64,000 nucleotides of DNA, from assembly GCA_009914615.1 (NCBI GenBank), contig WNDX01000002.1, positions 18,533 through 82,532 on the forward strand. The letters run 5' to 3'. The position numbers were made by a program, and so were the translations under genes. Origin of the DNA: Herbaspirillum frisingense. Its GTDB lineage: Bacteria; Pseudomonadota; Gammaproteobacteria; Burkholderiales; Burkholderiaceae_D. Shown here in pieces: positions 51,067-60,575 of the stretch. Position 1 is the stretch's first letter, and every line of letters begins with the position of its first letter. The notes under the pieces were generated by a model. The model was not told where the DNA came from and did not search any database. It was given only the letters and a program-made list of their open reading frames with translations.

Positions 51067-53682
51067 ATGGCAAGCCGCAAGAAGCCCGACGACCGAGCCG
51101 CAACGACCGCAACCACAGCCACCGCCACGGCCGACACGCCCGCGGCAGCGCAGGCTGGCGGCTGGGCCGACCTCAACGCCTACCTGACCGATTCCATGCA
51201 GCGCAGCTTCCTGTTCCTGGAGACACTGTTGGATCGCGGCAACGATTATCTGGAACACCTGGAGCAGGGCACGCCGCCGCTGCTCAAGTTCGACCATGAG
51301 CTGGTGCTGGACGGCCATGACCTGCCGCAGCCCTGCAACTATGCGCTGCTGCGGCTGCAGCCGCCGCCCGGCCTGCCGGTCGATCCGCAGGCGCGGCCGG
51401 TGGTGGTGGTCGATCCGCGCGCCGGCCACGGGCCGGGCATCGGTGGCTTCAAGTTCGATTCCGAGGTGGGCATGGCGATGAAGGCTGGCCACACCGTCTA
51501 TTTCGTGACCTTCCGGCCCGAGCCCGAGGATGGCCAGACCCTGACTTCGGTGATGGATGCCGAAGCCAGTTTCCTGGAAGAGGTGATCCGCCGCCATCCG
51601 CAATGCCAGGCCAAGCCGGTGGTGATCGGCAACTGCCAGGCAGGCTGGGCCATGATGACGCTGGACGCGGTGCGGCCGGAACTGTTCGGGCCGCTGATGA
51701 TGGTGGGCGCGCCGGCCTCCTACTGGGCCGGCAGCTCGCAGCTCAATCCCATGCGCTACAGCGGCGCCACGCTGGGCGGTACCTGGCTGGCTTCGCTGGC
51801 GGCCGATCTCGGCGCCGACCGTTTCGACGGCGCCTATCTGGTAGAGAATTTCGAGAAGCTCAATCCCGCCAACACCTTCTGGAACAAGTATTACAACCTC
51901 TGGTCCGGCGTGGATCACGAAGCGCCGCGCTTCCTGGAATTCGAACGCTGGTGGGGCGGTTTCTTCCGCATGACCGGCGCCGAGATCGAGGCCATCACCG
52001 AGAACCTGTTCGTCGGCAACAAGCTGGCGCGCGGCGAACTGCAGGTCAAGGGCCAGGCCGTCAACCTGCGCGACATCAGCGCGCCCATCGTGGTGTTCGC
52101 CTCCTGGGGCGACAACATCACGCCGCCGCCGCAGGCACTGAACTGGATCATCGACACCTGGGGCGACGAGCGCGCCATCGCCGCCGCCGGCCGCACCATC
52201 ATTTATGTGCTGCACGAGAGCGTGGGTCATCTGGGCATCTTCGTCGGCGGTTCGGTGGCGCTGAAGGAGCACGACCAACTGGTCAGCTCGCTGGACGTGA
52301 TCGAAAGCCTGCCGCCCGGCCTCTATGAAATGAAACTGGAACGCAAGGACGGCAAGCAGACCCAGCGCTGGGACGAACTGGAGCCGGGCGACTACACGGC
52401 GCATTACGAACACCGCACCATGGACGACATCCGCAAGCTCAATCCGGAAGGCCGCGAGGAAGAAGCGATCTTCTCGACCATCAGCCAGTGGTCAGAGATC
52501 AATTCGCGGCTCTACAAGACCTGGCTGCGTCCGTGGGTACGCATGGCATCCACCCGCGAGACCGCCAATGCGCTGATGAAATTCAACGCCATGCGCATGC
52601 AGCGCCAGTTGTTCTCGGATTCGCACCCGGCTGCCGCCTTCATCCGCCATCAAGCCGCCCAGGCGCGCGCCAAGCGGGTGCAGTTGGCCGCGGATCATCC
52701 GCTCAAGCAATTCGAGCAGCGCATGGCTCAGCGCATCACCGACGAGCTCAACGCCTTCCGCGACCAGCGCGACGCGCGCACGGTGAAGATGACGCGCCAG
52801 ATGTTCGGCCCCAACGGCCTGGGCGCCTGGCTGCCGCCGCGCGAAGCCGACGCCGAGGTGGCGCACCGGCGCGCGCTGCATGAATTGGGCGAGTACCGCG
52901 ATGCGGTGCTGGCCGGCATCGACGACGGCGGCTTTGCAGAGGCGGTGTGCCGCATCGTCATCGCTGGCATGGTCTCGATCGGCGCCTTCGAACGCCGCAG
53001 CCTGCGCCTGGCGCGCCTGCTGGCGCAGTTGCCCAACATGCATGCCAGCGTGTCGCCGCAAACCAACTGGGTGCAGTTGCTGAAGGAACAGGCCCGCATC
53101 ACCGCGGTGGCGCCGGTGGAAGCCCTCAACGCGCTGGAACGCATGCTGCCCGACAATGCCACGCGCGAACGCGCGCTGGCGCTGGCGGCGGCGGTGATGA
53201 TGATCGAACCGACGCTGGCCAATCCGCGCGCGGAGATCATCGAATTCCTGATCGGTACGCTGGATGTCGATCCGGACAAGGTGATCGCGCTGGCGCGCAA
53301 GCTGACCACCGCGATCGGCGAACAGCCGGACGAGATCAGCCTGCCGGCGAAGAAGGCGCAGGCCGCCAAGCCGGTAAAAAGAGCGATCAAGGTTACCCCG
53401 GGAAAAGCGGTTCCCGCCAAGGCTCCGTCAACGGCGAAAGCCATCAAGTCGGCACCCAAGCGCGCGGCAAATGCGGGCGTGAAGGCTGCAACGAAGCCGG
53501 TGGTGAAATCGGCCGCCAAACCAGGCACCAAAGCAGGCACCAAACCAGTCGCGAAAACAACGGCAAAAACAACGGCAAAACCAACGGCAAAACCAACGGC
53601 GAAACCGATCGTGCCCAAGACCGGGGTGGCGGCAAGGAAGCCCGCCGCCAGACCTGTCCGTGCAAGGAAAACCGCTGCCTGA
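51067..53682 (+). CDS. DUF3141-like alpha/beta hydrolase (PHA synthase/depolymerase-like) with a histone-like C-terminal tail
   Basis: VDPRAGHGPGIGGFK, IGNCQAGW, WGDNITPP and VGHLGIF motifs; Ala/Lys/Pro/Thr-rich final ~115 aa. Confidence 0.85.
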   Translation: MASRKKPDDRAATTATTATATADTPAAAQAGGWADLNAYLTDSMQRSFLFLETLLDRGNDYLEHLEQGTPPLLKFDHELVLDGHDLPQPCNYALLRLQPPPGLPVDPQARPVVVVDPRAGHGPGIGGFKFDSEVGMAMKAGHTVYFVTFRPEPEDGQTLTSVMDAEASFLEEVIRRHPQCQAKPVVIGNCQAGWAMMTLDAVRPELFGPLMMVGAPASYWAGSSQLNPMRYSGATLGGTWLASLAADLGADRFDGAYLVENFEKLNPANTFWNKYYNLWSGVDHEAPRFLEFERWWGGFFRMTGAEIEAITENLFVGNKLARGELQVKGQAVNLRDISAPIVVFASWGDNITPPPQALNWIIDTWGDERAIAAAGRTIIYVLHESVGHLGIFVGGSVALKEHDQLVSSLDVIESLPPGLYEMKLERKDGKQTQRWDELEPGDYTAHYEHRTMDDIRKLNPEGREEEAIFSTISQWSEINSRLYKTWLRPWVRMASTRETANALMKFNAMRMQRQLFSDSHPAAAFIRHQAAQARAKRVQLAADHPLKQFEQRMAQRITDELNAFRDQRDARTVKMTRQMFGPNGLGAWLPPREADAEVAHRRALHELGEYRDAVLAGIDDGGFAEAVCRIVIAGMVSIGAFERRSLRLARLLAQLPNMHASVSPQTNWVQLLKEQARITAVAPVEALNALERMLPDNATRERALALAAAVMMIEPTLANPRAEIIEFLIGTLDVDPDKVIALARKLTTAIGEQPDEISLPAKKAQAAKPVKRAIKVTPGKAVPAKAPSTAKAIKSAPKRAANAGVKAATKPVVKSAAKPGTKAGTKPVAKTTAKTTAKPTAKPTAKPIVPKTGVAARKPAARPVRARKTAA
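53558..53603 (+). repeat. 12-bp tandem repeat (about 4 copies) in the histone-like tail
   Basis: aaaacaacggca/aaaccaacggca units encoding KTTA-KTTA-KPTA-KPTA; ends approximate. Confidence 0.8.
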
Positions 53683-54414
53683 TCAGTGGTCGTGAATGGC
53701 CGCCCAGAGCAGCGACAGCCCCGACACGATGAGCAGCGCATCCAGCAATCGCTGGTGGTGCCGCTCGCTCATCTTCATCACGAAGGCCTTACCGATGAAG
53801 GTACCGGCCATCAGCGAGCCGCCTACCAGCAGGCCTTGCAGGAACACGCTCAGCGGCATCGCGCCCATCTCGCGGAAGGTCAGCACCTTGCCGACATAGA
53901 GCACCAGCGAGCTGGCTGCTTCGGTGGAGAGGAAGGCGCCCTTGGTCAGGCCGTAGGCGGTGAAGGCGGGCACGCTCAGCGGGCCGGTGGAGAGCACGAT
54001 GCCGGTCAGGTAGCCGATGACGCCGCCGCAGATGGCCAGTTGCCACAGCGCCAGCTTGAAGTTGTGGCGCTTGAGCCAGTGCCGCACCGGCACCATGGCG
54101 ATGAAGAACAGGCCGAGGCCGATGTCGATCCAGTGTGCGGGCAGCGTCAGCAGCGTGCGCGCACCGAGGATGGCGGCCGGCACACCGGTGATCGAATAGG
54201 CCGCGAACGCGCGCCAGTCCACCACGCGCCACCAGGCCAGCACGCGCGACAGGTTGGCCATCACGGCGGCGACCGCCATGATGGGTACCGCCTGCTTGGG
54301 GCCGAAGTTATAGACCAGCACCGGCAACAGCATGATGGAGGAGCCGGTGCCGATGACGCCGCTGATCATGCCGGCCGCAAGGCCGACGGCGAGGACGAAG
54401 AGGTAGGCAGTCAT
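53683..54414 (-). CDS. TauE/SafE-family (sulfite exporter-like) membrane protein
   Basis: GLAAGMISGVIGTGSSIMLLP and GYLTGIVLSTGP motifs; multiple TM segments. Confidence 0.9.
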   Translation of the reverse strand: MTAYLFVLAVGLAAGMISGVIGTGSSIMLLPVLVYNFGPKQAVPIMAVAAVMANLSRVLAWWRVVDWRAFAAYSITGVPAAILGARTLLTLPAHWIDIGLGLFFIAMVPVRHWLKRHNFKLALWQLAICGGVIGYLTGIVLSTGPLSVPAFTAYGLTKGAFLSTEAASSLVLYVGKVLTFREMGAMPLSVFLQGLLVGGSLMAGTFIGKAFVMKMSERHHQRLLDALLIVSGLSLLWAAIHDH

Positions 54415-54520
54415 GGAGGTTTTTTTCGTCTTGGAAGGGCCATTATAGGGGCCCGCATCGCTCAGTGCTGAGTGCGACGTAGCGAGACGATATGACGTGA
54501 AGTGACGTGGCGAACGACGC

Positions 54521-54621
54521 TGGATCCCGGCCTGCGCCAGGACGACACTGTGGAGATGGCCAATGCCTTCTTTCGTTCACGCAGCTTGCTACCCGCCATC
54601 CCGGCGCAGGCCGGGATGGCG
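54521..54621. repeat. Pair of CGTC-type REP-like palindromes
   Basis: TGGATCCCGGCCTGCGCCAGGACGAC (54521-54546) and CGCCATCCCGGCGCAGGCCGGGATGGCG (54594-54621), both related to 41343-41368. Confidence 0.6.
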
Positions 54622-54630
54622 GAGATGGGG

Positions 54631-55458
54631 TTAAGGCCGCTCGCCCGCCGCCAGACGCGTCTCGATCTGCGCCATCACGCCCGGCAGATCGGCCACCGAA
54701 TCGATCACGTAGTGCGCGCCGGCCGCGCGCAGGCGCGCTTCGGCTTGCTGCTTCAGCGCGGCGACTTGAGCCGGCTCAAGTGCATCGAGCTGGGCCCGGG
54801 TGCAGCCGACTTCGTTGCCCGAGAGCGAAACGCCCACGCTCCACATGCCCGCGCGGATGCCTTCTTCGATGCCGGGCACGGTGTCGTCCACCTTGATGCA
54901 GCCGGCCACGTCGCCCACCTTCAGCGCCAGCACGTTGGCCAGCGCCATGTAGGGGCCGGGGCGGCCGCCGGCTTCCAGTTCGTCGCCGGCCACCACGTGG
55001 TCGGGGGCGATGCCGTCGCGCGCTGCCAGCGGCAATAGCACGTTCAGCACTTCGCGCGGATAGCCCGAGCAGGAGCCGACCTTCAGGCCGCGTGCGCGCA
55101 GCGCCGACAGCAGTTGCGCGGCGCCTTCGATGGGTTGCGAATACTCGCCGACCTTGGCGATCTGCATCGGCATGAAGCGCGCGTAGATGGCGTCCACGTC
55201 GCGGTCGGTGGGTTCGTGGCCGGTGTAGGTCTTCCATTGCGCGGCGATGGAGGCATCGTCCAGCAGCGTGCGGATGTGCTGCCACTTCGACAGGCCCATG
55301 GGGCCGCGCGCCTGTTCCAGCGTGATGGCGATGTCGAAGCTCTTGAAGGCATCGACGAAGATCTGGGTCGGCGCCAGCGAGCCGAAATCGACCAGGGTGC
55401 CGGCCCAGTCGAAGATGACGGCTTGCAGGGCGATGGCGGGGCGGACGGTGGTGGTCAT
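54631..55458 (-). CDS. phnX: Phosphonoacetaldehyde hydrolase (phosphonatase)
   Basis: IFDWAGT (HAD motif I), MGLSKWQHI (Schiff-base Lys), GRPGPYM and KVDDT motifs. Confidence 0.95.
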   Translation of the reverse strand: MTTTVRPAIALQAVIFDWAGTLVDFGSLAPTQIFVDAFKSFDIAITLEQARGPMGLSKWQHIRTLLDDASIAAQWKTYTGHEPTDRDVDAIYARFMPMQIAKVGEYSQPIEGAAQLLSALRARGLKVGSCSGYPREVLNVLLPLAARDGIAPDHVVAGDELEAGGRPGPYMALANVLALKVGDVAGCIKVDDTVPGIEEGIRAGMWSVGVSLSGNEVGCTRAQLDALEPAQVAALKQQAEARLRAAGAHYVIDSVADLPGVMAQIETRLAAGERP

Positions 55459-55480
55459 GAGGAACTCCTTGGTCAATGGT

Positions 55481-56566
55481 TCAGTGGGCGGCGGCGATGA
55501 AGTTGCGGCCGCGCGGTCCTTGCAGGGCGCGCTGCACCAGCGCGTCCCAGGCATCGGCGATGCCGTAGTGGGCGGGATCGGTGGACACCCCGAGGTCTTC
55601 CAGGAAACGGCTCAGGCGCGCGATGGCGCCGTCCTTGTCGGTGGCGCCGAAGATCTGCAGCAGCAGCGCATCGACCGTGTCGTCGCGACCGAAGGCCAGG
55701 CGCATCACGTGCGGCAGCGAGAACGAGCAGGCGATGCCGTGCGCCACGCCGTGGTGCAGCGTGATGTCGTAGGACAGCGAATGCGCCAGCGCGGTCTTGG
55801 TGTTGGAGAACGCCAGCCCGGCCTGCAATGCGGCCACCGCCATGCGCTCGCGCAGGACGATGTCGTTGGGCTTGCGCATCAGCGCCGGCAGCGTGGCGAC
55901 GATTTCCCGCGCGGCGACCGCGGCCAGGCTGGCCGAGACCGGATTGCGGTTGACGTTCCAGATGGCTTCCAGCGCATGCGACAACGCATCCAGGCCGCTG
56001 GCCAGCGTGGCGCCGGGCGGCAGGCTCAGCATCAGCCGCGGATCGACCAGCGCCGCTTCCGGCCAGGTCCAGGCGCGGTGCAAGGAATACTTGCTGCCGG
56101 CGGCGGCGTCCCAGATGGTGGCCCAGGGTGTGACTTCGCTGCCGGTACCCGCGGTGGTGGGAACGGCGATCAGCGCCTTGGCGCCGGCCGCGTCCAGCGG
56201 CGCGCCATCGCGCAGGTGCGCCAGCAATTCGTCGAAGCGGCCCGAGGGCGTGGGCGCCAGCATGGCCTTGGCGCAGTCGATCACGCTGCCGCCACCGAAG
56301 GCGATGATGCACTCGACGTCGCGGTGGCGCGACCACACGCGTTCGTACATGGCGGCCAGCCAACTGACGTCGGGGTTGGGCTGCACCGCGTTCTCGATGC
56401 CGGCCAAGCGCGCGCCGAGCAGATTGGCGAGGTATTGCTCCAGGCCCAGCGCCTGCGCTTCGGGGAAGGTGATCAGCAGCGCGCGGCGGCCGGCCAGCAA
56501 CTCGGGCAAGCGCGCCAGGCTGCCGGCGCCGGCGTGCACTGCGACCGGATTATGAAAATTCCACAT
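55481..56566 (-). CDS. Iron-containing (group III) alcohol dehydrogenase, phosphonate-associated
   Basis: GGGSVIDCAK, PTTAGTGSEVT, DALSHALE, AHSLSY and HGIAC motifs. Confidence 0.9.
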   Translation of the reverse strand: MWNFHNPVAVHAGAGSLARLPELLAGRRALLITFPEAQALGLEQYLANLLGARLAGIENAVQPNPDVSWLAAMYERVWSRHRDVECIIAFGGGSVIDCAKAMLAPTPSGRFDELLAHLRDGAPLDAAGAKALIAVPTTAGTGSEVTPWATIWDAAAGSKYSLHRAWTWPEAALVDPRLMLSLPPGATLASGLDALSHALEAIWNVNRNPVSASLAAVAAREIVATLPALMRKPNDIVLRERMAVAALQAGLAFSNTKTALAHSLSYDITLHHGVAHGIACSFSLPHVMRLAFGRDDTVDALLLQIFGATDKDGAIARLSRFLEDLGVSTDPAHYGIADAWDALVQRALQGPRGRNFIAAAH

Positions 56567-56600
56567 GAGACAGTTTCTTGAAAAAGGAGGGTTGCCAGGT

Positions 56601-57449
56601 TCAGTGCGCGCGGCCGTCCTGGATCATCTGGCGCAGGCGGCTGGACATCGCATCGGCCGCTACCACCATCAGGGTCACCACCACGATGCAGGTCGCGGTG
56701 TCCTGGTACTTGAACAGCTTCAGGCTGTTGACCAGTTCGAAACCCAGGCCGCCGGCGCCCACCATGCCCAGCACGGTGGCCTGGCGCAGGTTGACTTCGA
56801 AGCGGTAGAGCACGGTGGCGATCCAGGCGGTGATGACTTGCGGCAGCACGCCGAACACGATCACCTGCAGCGGCCGGGCGCCGGTGGCGCGCAGCGCTTC
56901 CAGCGGGCCGTCGTCGATTTCCTCGATGCTCTCGGCGAAGAACTTGCCGACCATGCCCACGCCGTGCACCGCCAGCGCCAGCACGCCGGGGAAGGGGCCG
57001 AGGCCGACCGCCGAGACGAACACCAGCGCCAGGATCAGTTCGTTGATGCTGCGCGTGACGTTGAGCGCCTGACGCACCGCGTTGTACACGGCGCGGTTGC
57101 GGTTCAGGTTGCGCGCGGCCAGGAAGGACACGGGAATGGCGCCGATCACGCCCAGCAACGTGCCCCAGAGTGCGATCTGCACGGTTTCGATGGCCGGCGT
57201 GAGCAGGTTGCCGAGGATGCTCCAGTTGGGCGGCACCGAACGCGAGATGAAGTCGCCGATCTGCGGCAGGCCGCCAGCCAGCTCGCTCCACGACAGTTGC
57301 GTGCCTTGCGCGCTCCAGGCCAGCACCACGGCCACCAGGATCACGGCGGCCACGCACAGCAGCCAGGAGCGCAGCTTGAGCGGACGCGGGCCGGTCCAGA
57401 CGTAGTCGTGGTAGCTGGCGCCCTTGGCGGGTTGCATCGGAGTGCTCAT
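56601..57449 (-). CDS. phnE: Phosphonate ABC permease
   Basis: RSINELILALVFV, GLGPFPG, FAESIEE and RQATVLGMVGAGGLG motifs; an alternative GTG start is at 57452. Confidence 0.93.
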   Translation of the reverse strand: MSTPMQPAKGASYHDYVWTGPRPLKLRSWLLCVAAVILVAVVLAWSAQGTQLSWSELAGGLPQIGDFISRSVPPNWSILGNLLTPAIETVQIALWGTLLGVIGAIPVSFLAARNLNRNRAVYNAVRQALNVTRSINELILALVFVSAVGLGPFPGVLALAVHGVGMVGKFFAESIEEIDDGPLEALRATGARPLQVIVFGVLPQVITAWIATVLYRFEVNLRQATVLGMVGAGGLGFELVNSLKLFKYQDTATCIVVVTLMVVAADAMSSRLRQMIQDGRAH

Positions 57450-58249
57450 CACAGGGCTCCTTGGGCGGACAGTTCCGGCGCCGGCTGGCGCGCGGCGGCG
57501 GGCGCGGCGTGCTGGACCTGGTCCAGACCGGCGTAGATCAGATTGAGATGGGAATCGCGCAGCTCGTCGCCGCGGCCGTCCAACACCAGCTTGCCGCCGG
57601 CCAGGCCGACGATGCGGTCGCCGAATTCGCGGGCGTAGTCCACCTGGTGCAGATTGCAGACCACGGTGATGCCCAGTTCGCGGCAGGCGGCGCGCAGGTA
57701 TTGCAGCACCAGGCGCGAGGTCTTGGGATCGAGGCTGGCCACCGGTTCGTCGGCCAGGATCACTTGCGGCCGCTGGGCCAGGGCGCGGGCGATGCCGACC
57801 CGCTGGCGCTGGCCGCCGGACAGGGCGTCGGTACGTTCATGGGCCTTGTGGTCGAGCTCGACCCGGCGCAGGCAATCCATGGTCAACGCCACGTCCTGGC
57901 GCGAGAACAATTGCAGGATGGACGCCAGCGAGGACACCTGGCCGAGCCGCCCGGTCAGCACGTTCTTCAGTACCGACAGGCGCGGCACCACGTTGTGATG
58001 CTGGAAGATCATGGCCACGTTGCGGCGCAGCTGGCGTACCTTGCGCGCATCGGTGGCGTCGTATCCGGCCGCCACCAGTTCGCCGGACGTCGGTGCGACC
58101 AGGCCGTTGATACAGCGCAGCAGGGTCGATTTGCCGGCGCCCGACGGGCCCAGCACCACCAGGAACTCGCCGGCGGCGACATCGAGGTCGATGCCGCGCA
58201 GCACGGCATTGCTGCCGTATTGCTTGGTGAGCGAACGGATCCGTATCAT
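57449..58249 (-). CDS. phnC: Phosphonate ABC ATPase
   Basis: GPSGAGKST, NVLTGRLG, LSGGQRQRV, ADEPVASLDP and NLHQV motifs. Confidence 0.95.
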   Translation of the reverse strand: MIRIRSLTKQYGSNAVLRGIDLDVAAGEFLVVLGPSGAGKSTLLRCINGLVAPTSGELVAAGYDATDARKVRQLRRNVAMIFQHHNVVPRLSVLKNVLTGRLGQVSSLASILQLFSRQDVALTMDCLRRVELDHKAHERTDALSGGQRQRVGIARALAQRPQVILADEPVASLDPKTSRLVLQYLRAACRELGITVVCNLHQVDYAREFGDRIVGLAGGKLVLDGRGDELRDSHLNLIYAGLDQVQHAAPAAARQPAPELSAQGAL

Positions 58250-59112
58250 TTCATGGCCTTGAGGTCGAGGTTGAGGATCTTGGCGGTGTCGCGCACCACG
58301 TTGTAGGCGGCGTCATTGGTGGTGAGGAAGCCGTTGAGCACGCCCTGGTCGCCCCATTGCACATCCTTGATGCTGGCGAAGGCGGCGGCGATCTTCTGCT
58401 TCAGCGCCGGATCCAGGTCCTTGCGCCAGACCATCGGCGACTCGGGGATATCGGGCGAGGTCCACACCACGTTCAGATCGGACTGCTGCACCACGCCCTT
58501 GGCGACGGCGGCGGCCAGGATGCGATCGGCCACGGCGGCGGCATCGACCTTCTTGTTGGCCACGGCCAGGATGCTGGCGTCATGCGAACCGGAGAAGATC
58601 ACCCGCGAGAAATACTTGTTGGGATCGATATTGAGCTTGTGCAGGCCGGCGCTGGGGAACAGGTGGCCGGAGGCGGACGAGGGATCGACGAAGGCCATGG
58701 TGCGGCCCTTCAGTTGTTCCAGGTTCTGGATGCCGCTGTCCTTGCGGGTGATGATCAGGCTCTTGTAGTAGCTCTTGCCGCTTTTCTTGGTCTCGGCCAC
58801 GGAGAAGGCTTCGACGTTGGCCACCGAGGTGGCCAGCACGTAGGAGAAGGGACCGAGGTAGGCCACGTCCAGCTTCTTGGAGCGCAGCGCTTCGATGATG
58901 CCGTTGTAGTCGGTGGCGATGAAGGGCTTGACCGGCATGCCCAACTGCTTTTGCAGGCTGTCGATGACGGCCTTGCTGTTTTCCAGCATCGCCTGCGAAT
59001 CTTCGGCCGGGATCAGGCCGACCGTCAGGGTCTGCGCGGCGACGGCCGGCTGGCCCAGCAGGGAGGCGGCGAGGGCGCCCAGGCAGAGGGCGAAGAGAGA
59101 GCGGCGTTTCAT
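58246..59112 (-). CDS. phnD: Phosphonate ABC substrate-binding protein
   Basis: Signal peptide; TDYNGIIEA, YLGPFSY, DPSSASG and GSHDAS motifs. Confidence 0.93.
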   Translation of the reverse strand: MKRRSLFALCLGALAASLLGQPAVAAQTLTVGLIPAEDSQAMLENSKAVIDSLQKQLGMPVKPFIATDYNGIIEALRSKKLDVAYLGPFSYVLATSVANVEAFSVAETKKSGKSYYKSLIITRKDSGIQNLEQLKGRTMAFVDPSSASGHLFPSAGLHKLNIDPNKYFSRVIFSGSHDASILAVANKKVDAAAVADRILAAAVAKGVVQQSDLNVVWTSPDIPESPMVWRKDLDPALKQKIAAAFASIKDVQWGDQGVLNGFLTTNDAAYNVVRDTAKILNLDLKAMK

Positions 59113-59325
59113 GTTTTATCCTTAATCGATGGCGCGGCGGGTACGCAGGTCCGGCGCATCCGCCGTCTTCATGGGCGGGCGGCCGGGAATAAATGCAAAA
59201 CGGGCAAGAAGCGTGGTGCAGCAAGGGTTTTGGTCCGGACAGCGTGAAGATTAAAGAGGCTTTATGACGCCTTTATTATCGATATAATCCTAAAAATGAT
59301 TGGTAACTATTGATAGGATCTATAG

Positions 59326-60186
59326 ATGACGCCCTCCCAATTGCGCGCTTTCCTGGCCGTGGCGCGCCATCGCGGCTTTTCCGCCGCGGCGCGCGCGCTG
59401 GGCGTGAGCCAGCCGACGCTGACCACCCAGGTGCAATCGCTGGAGCGCGAGCACAACGTGGAGCTGTTCTTTCGCCGCGGGCGCCGCCTGGATCTGTCGG
59501 AAACCGCGCAGCGCCTGCTGCCGATCGCCCAGAACATTGCCGAGCTGGAATTGGATGCGCTGAATCTGCTGGTCAACTCCGGCGTGCTGCACGTGGGGCA
59601 TCTGCGCATCGGCGCGGTCGGGCCGTTCCACGTGATCGAGATGGTGGATGCCTACCGTGCGCGCTATCCGCGGGTCGAGCTGTCGATCAAGCTGGGCAAT
59701 TCGGCGCAGTCGCTGGCCGACCTGGAAAATTACGTGACCGACGTGGCGGTGCTGGCCAGCTTCAATGACGACGCGCGCTTCCACGCCGTGCCCTATGCCG
59801 ACCACGCCGTGGTGTTGTTCGCGCACCGCAGCCATCCTTTCTATAAGCGCGAATCGGTACGTCTTGAAGAGTTGGACAATCAGCCCATGCTGATGCGCGA
59901 GCAGGGATCGACGACCCGGCTGGCGTTGGAGAAGGTGATGCAGCAAGCCGGCATCGCGCCTCAGGTGGTGATGGAAATTGGCAGCCGCGAGGCGTTGCGC
60001 GAGGCGGTCGCGCGCGGGCTGGGGCTGGGGTCGGTGTCGGAGGCGGAGTTCGTGCCGGATCCGCGATTCCGCATGGTGCGCATCGAGGGCGATCCGGTCA
60101 GCACCCACACTTATGTGTATTGCCTGGCCGAGCGGCGCGAAGGGCGGCTGGTCGGCTCCTTCATGAAGATTGCCGCGCGCGGCTGA
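59326..60186 (+). CDS. LysR-family regulator divergent from the phn operon
   Basis: QLRAFLAVARHRGFSAAARALGVSQPTLTTQV HTH. Confidence 0.93.
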   Translation: MTPSQLRAFLAVARHRGFSAAARALGVSQPTLTTQVQSLEREHNVELFFRRGRRLDLSETAQRLLPIAQNIAELELDALNLLVNSGVLHVGHLRIGAVGPFHVIEMVDAYRARYPRVELSIKLGNSAQSLADLENYVTDVAVLASFNDDARFHAVPYADHAVVLFAHRSHPFYKRESVRLEELDNQPMLMREQGSTTRLALEKVMQQAGIAPQVVMEIGSREALREAVARGLGLGSVSEAEFVPDPRFRMVRIEGDPVSTHTYVYCLAERREGRLVGSFMKIAARG

Positions 60187-60261
60187 AGTGGCGGCGGACT
60201 GAAGCGGGCCTTTCGCTTATCATGACGGTTTGCCCGAATTTTCAAGCAGCGGAGACCGAAC

Positions 60262-60564
60262 GTGATCAAACATATCGTGATGTGGAAGTTGAAGGACCAT
60301 GCGGAAGGCGCCGACAAGGCCACCAACCTGCGCAAGATGAAAGAGCTGCTGGACAGCTGCGCCAACGTGGTGCCGGGCATTCTGAAGTTCGAAGCGGTGC
60401 TGGCCCAGCCGGGCCTGGAAGCCAGCTATGACGTGGTGCTGTACTCCGAGTTCGAATCGCGCGCGGCGTTGGATGCCTATCAGGATCACCCCGATCACGT
60501 GGCCATCAAGCCCTTCATCGGCGCGGTGCGCGAAGCGCGCCAGTGCATGGACTACGAAATCTGA
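60262..60564 (+). CDS. Dabb-family (stress-responsive A/B barrel) protein
   Basis: IKHIVMWKLK, YDVVLYSEFES and YQDHPDH motifs; GTG start. Confidence 0.9.
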   Translation: MIKHIVMWKLKDHAEGADKATNLRKMKELLDSCANVVPGILKFEAVLAQPGLEASYDVVLYSEFESRAALDAYQDHPDHVAIKPFIGAVREARQCMDYEI

Positions 60565-60575
60565 ACGGAGCGGCA

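Noticed and set aside
53680-53685. Convergent genes whose stop codons abut with no terminator
   Set aside because: Common in compact genomes; no further structure seen.
59230-59325. Possible Pho box upstream of phnD
   Set aside because: One half-site (GCGTCAT on the minus strand) but no matching repeat at 11-bp spacing. The region looks like an ordinary A/T-rich LysR divergent promoter.
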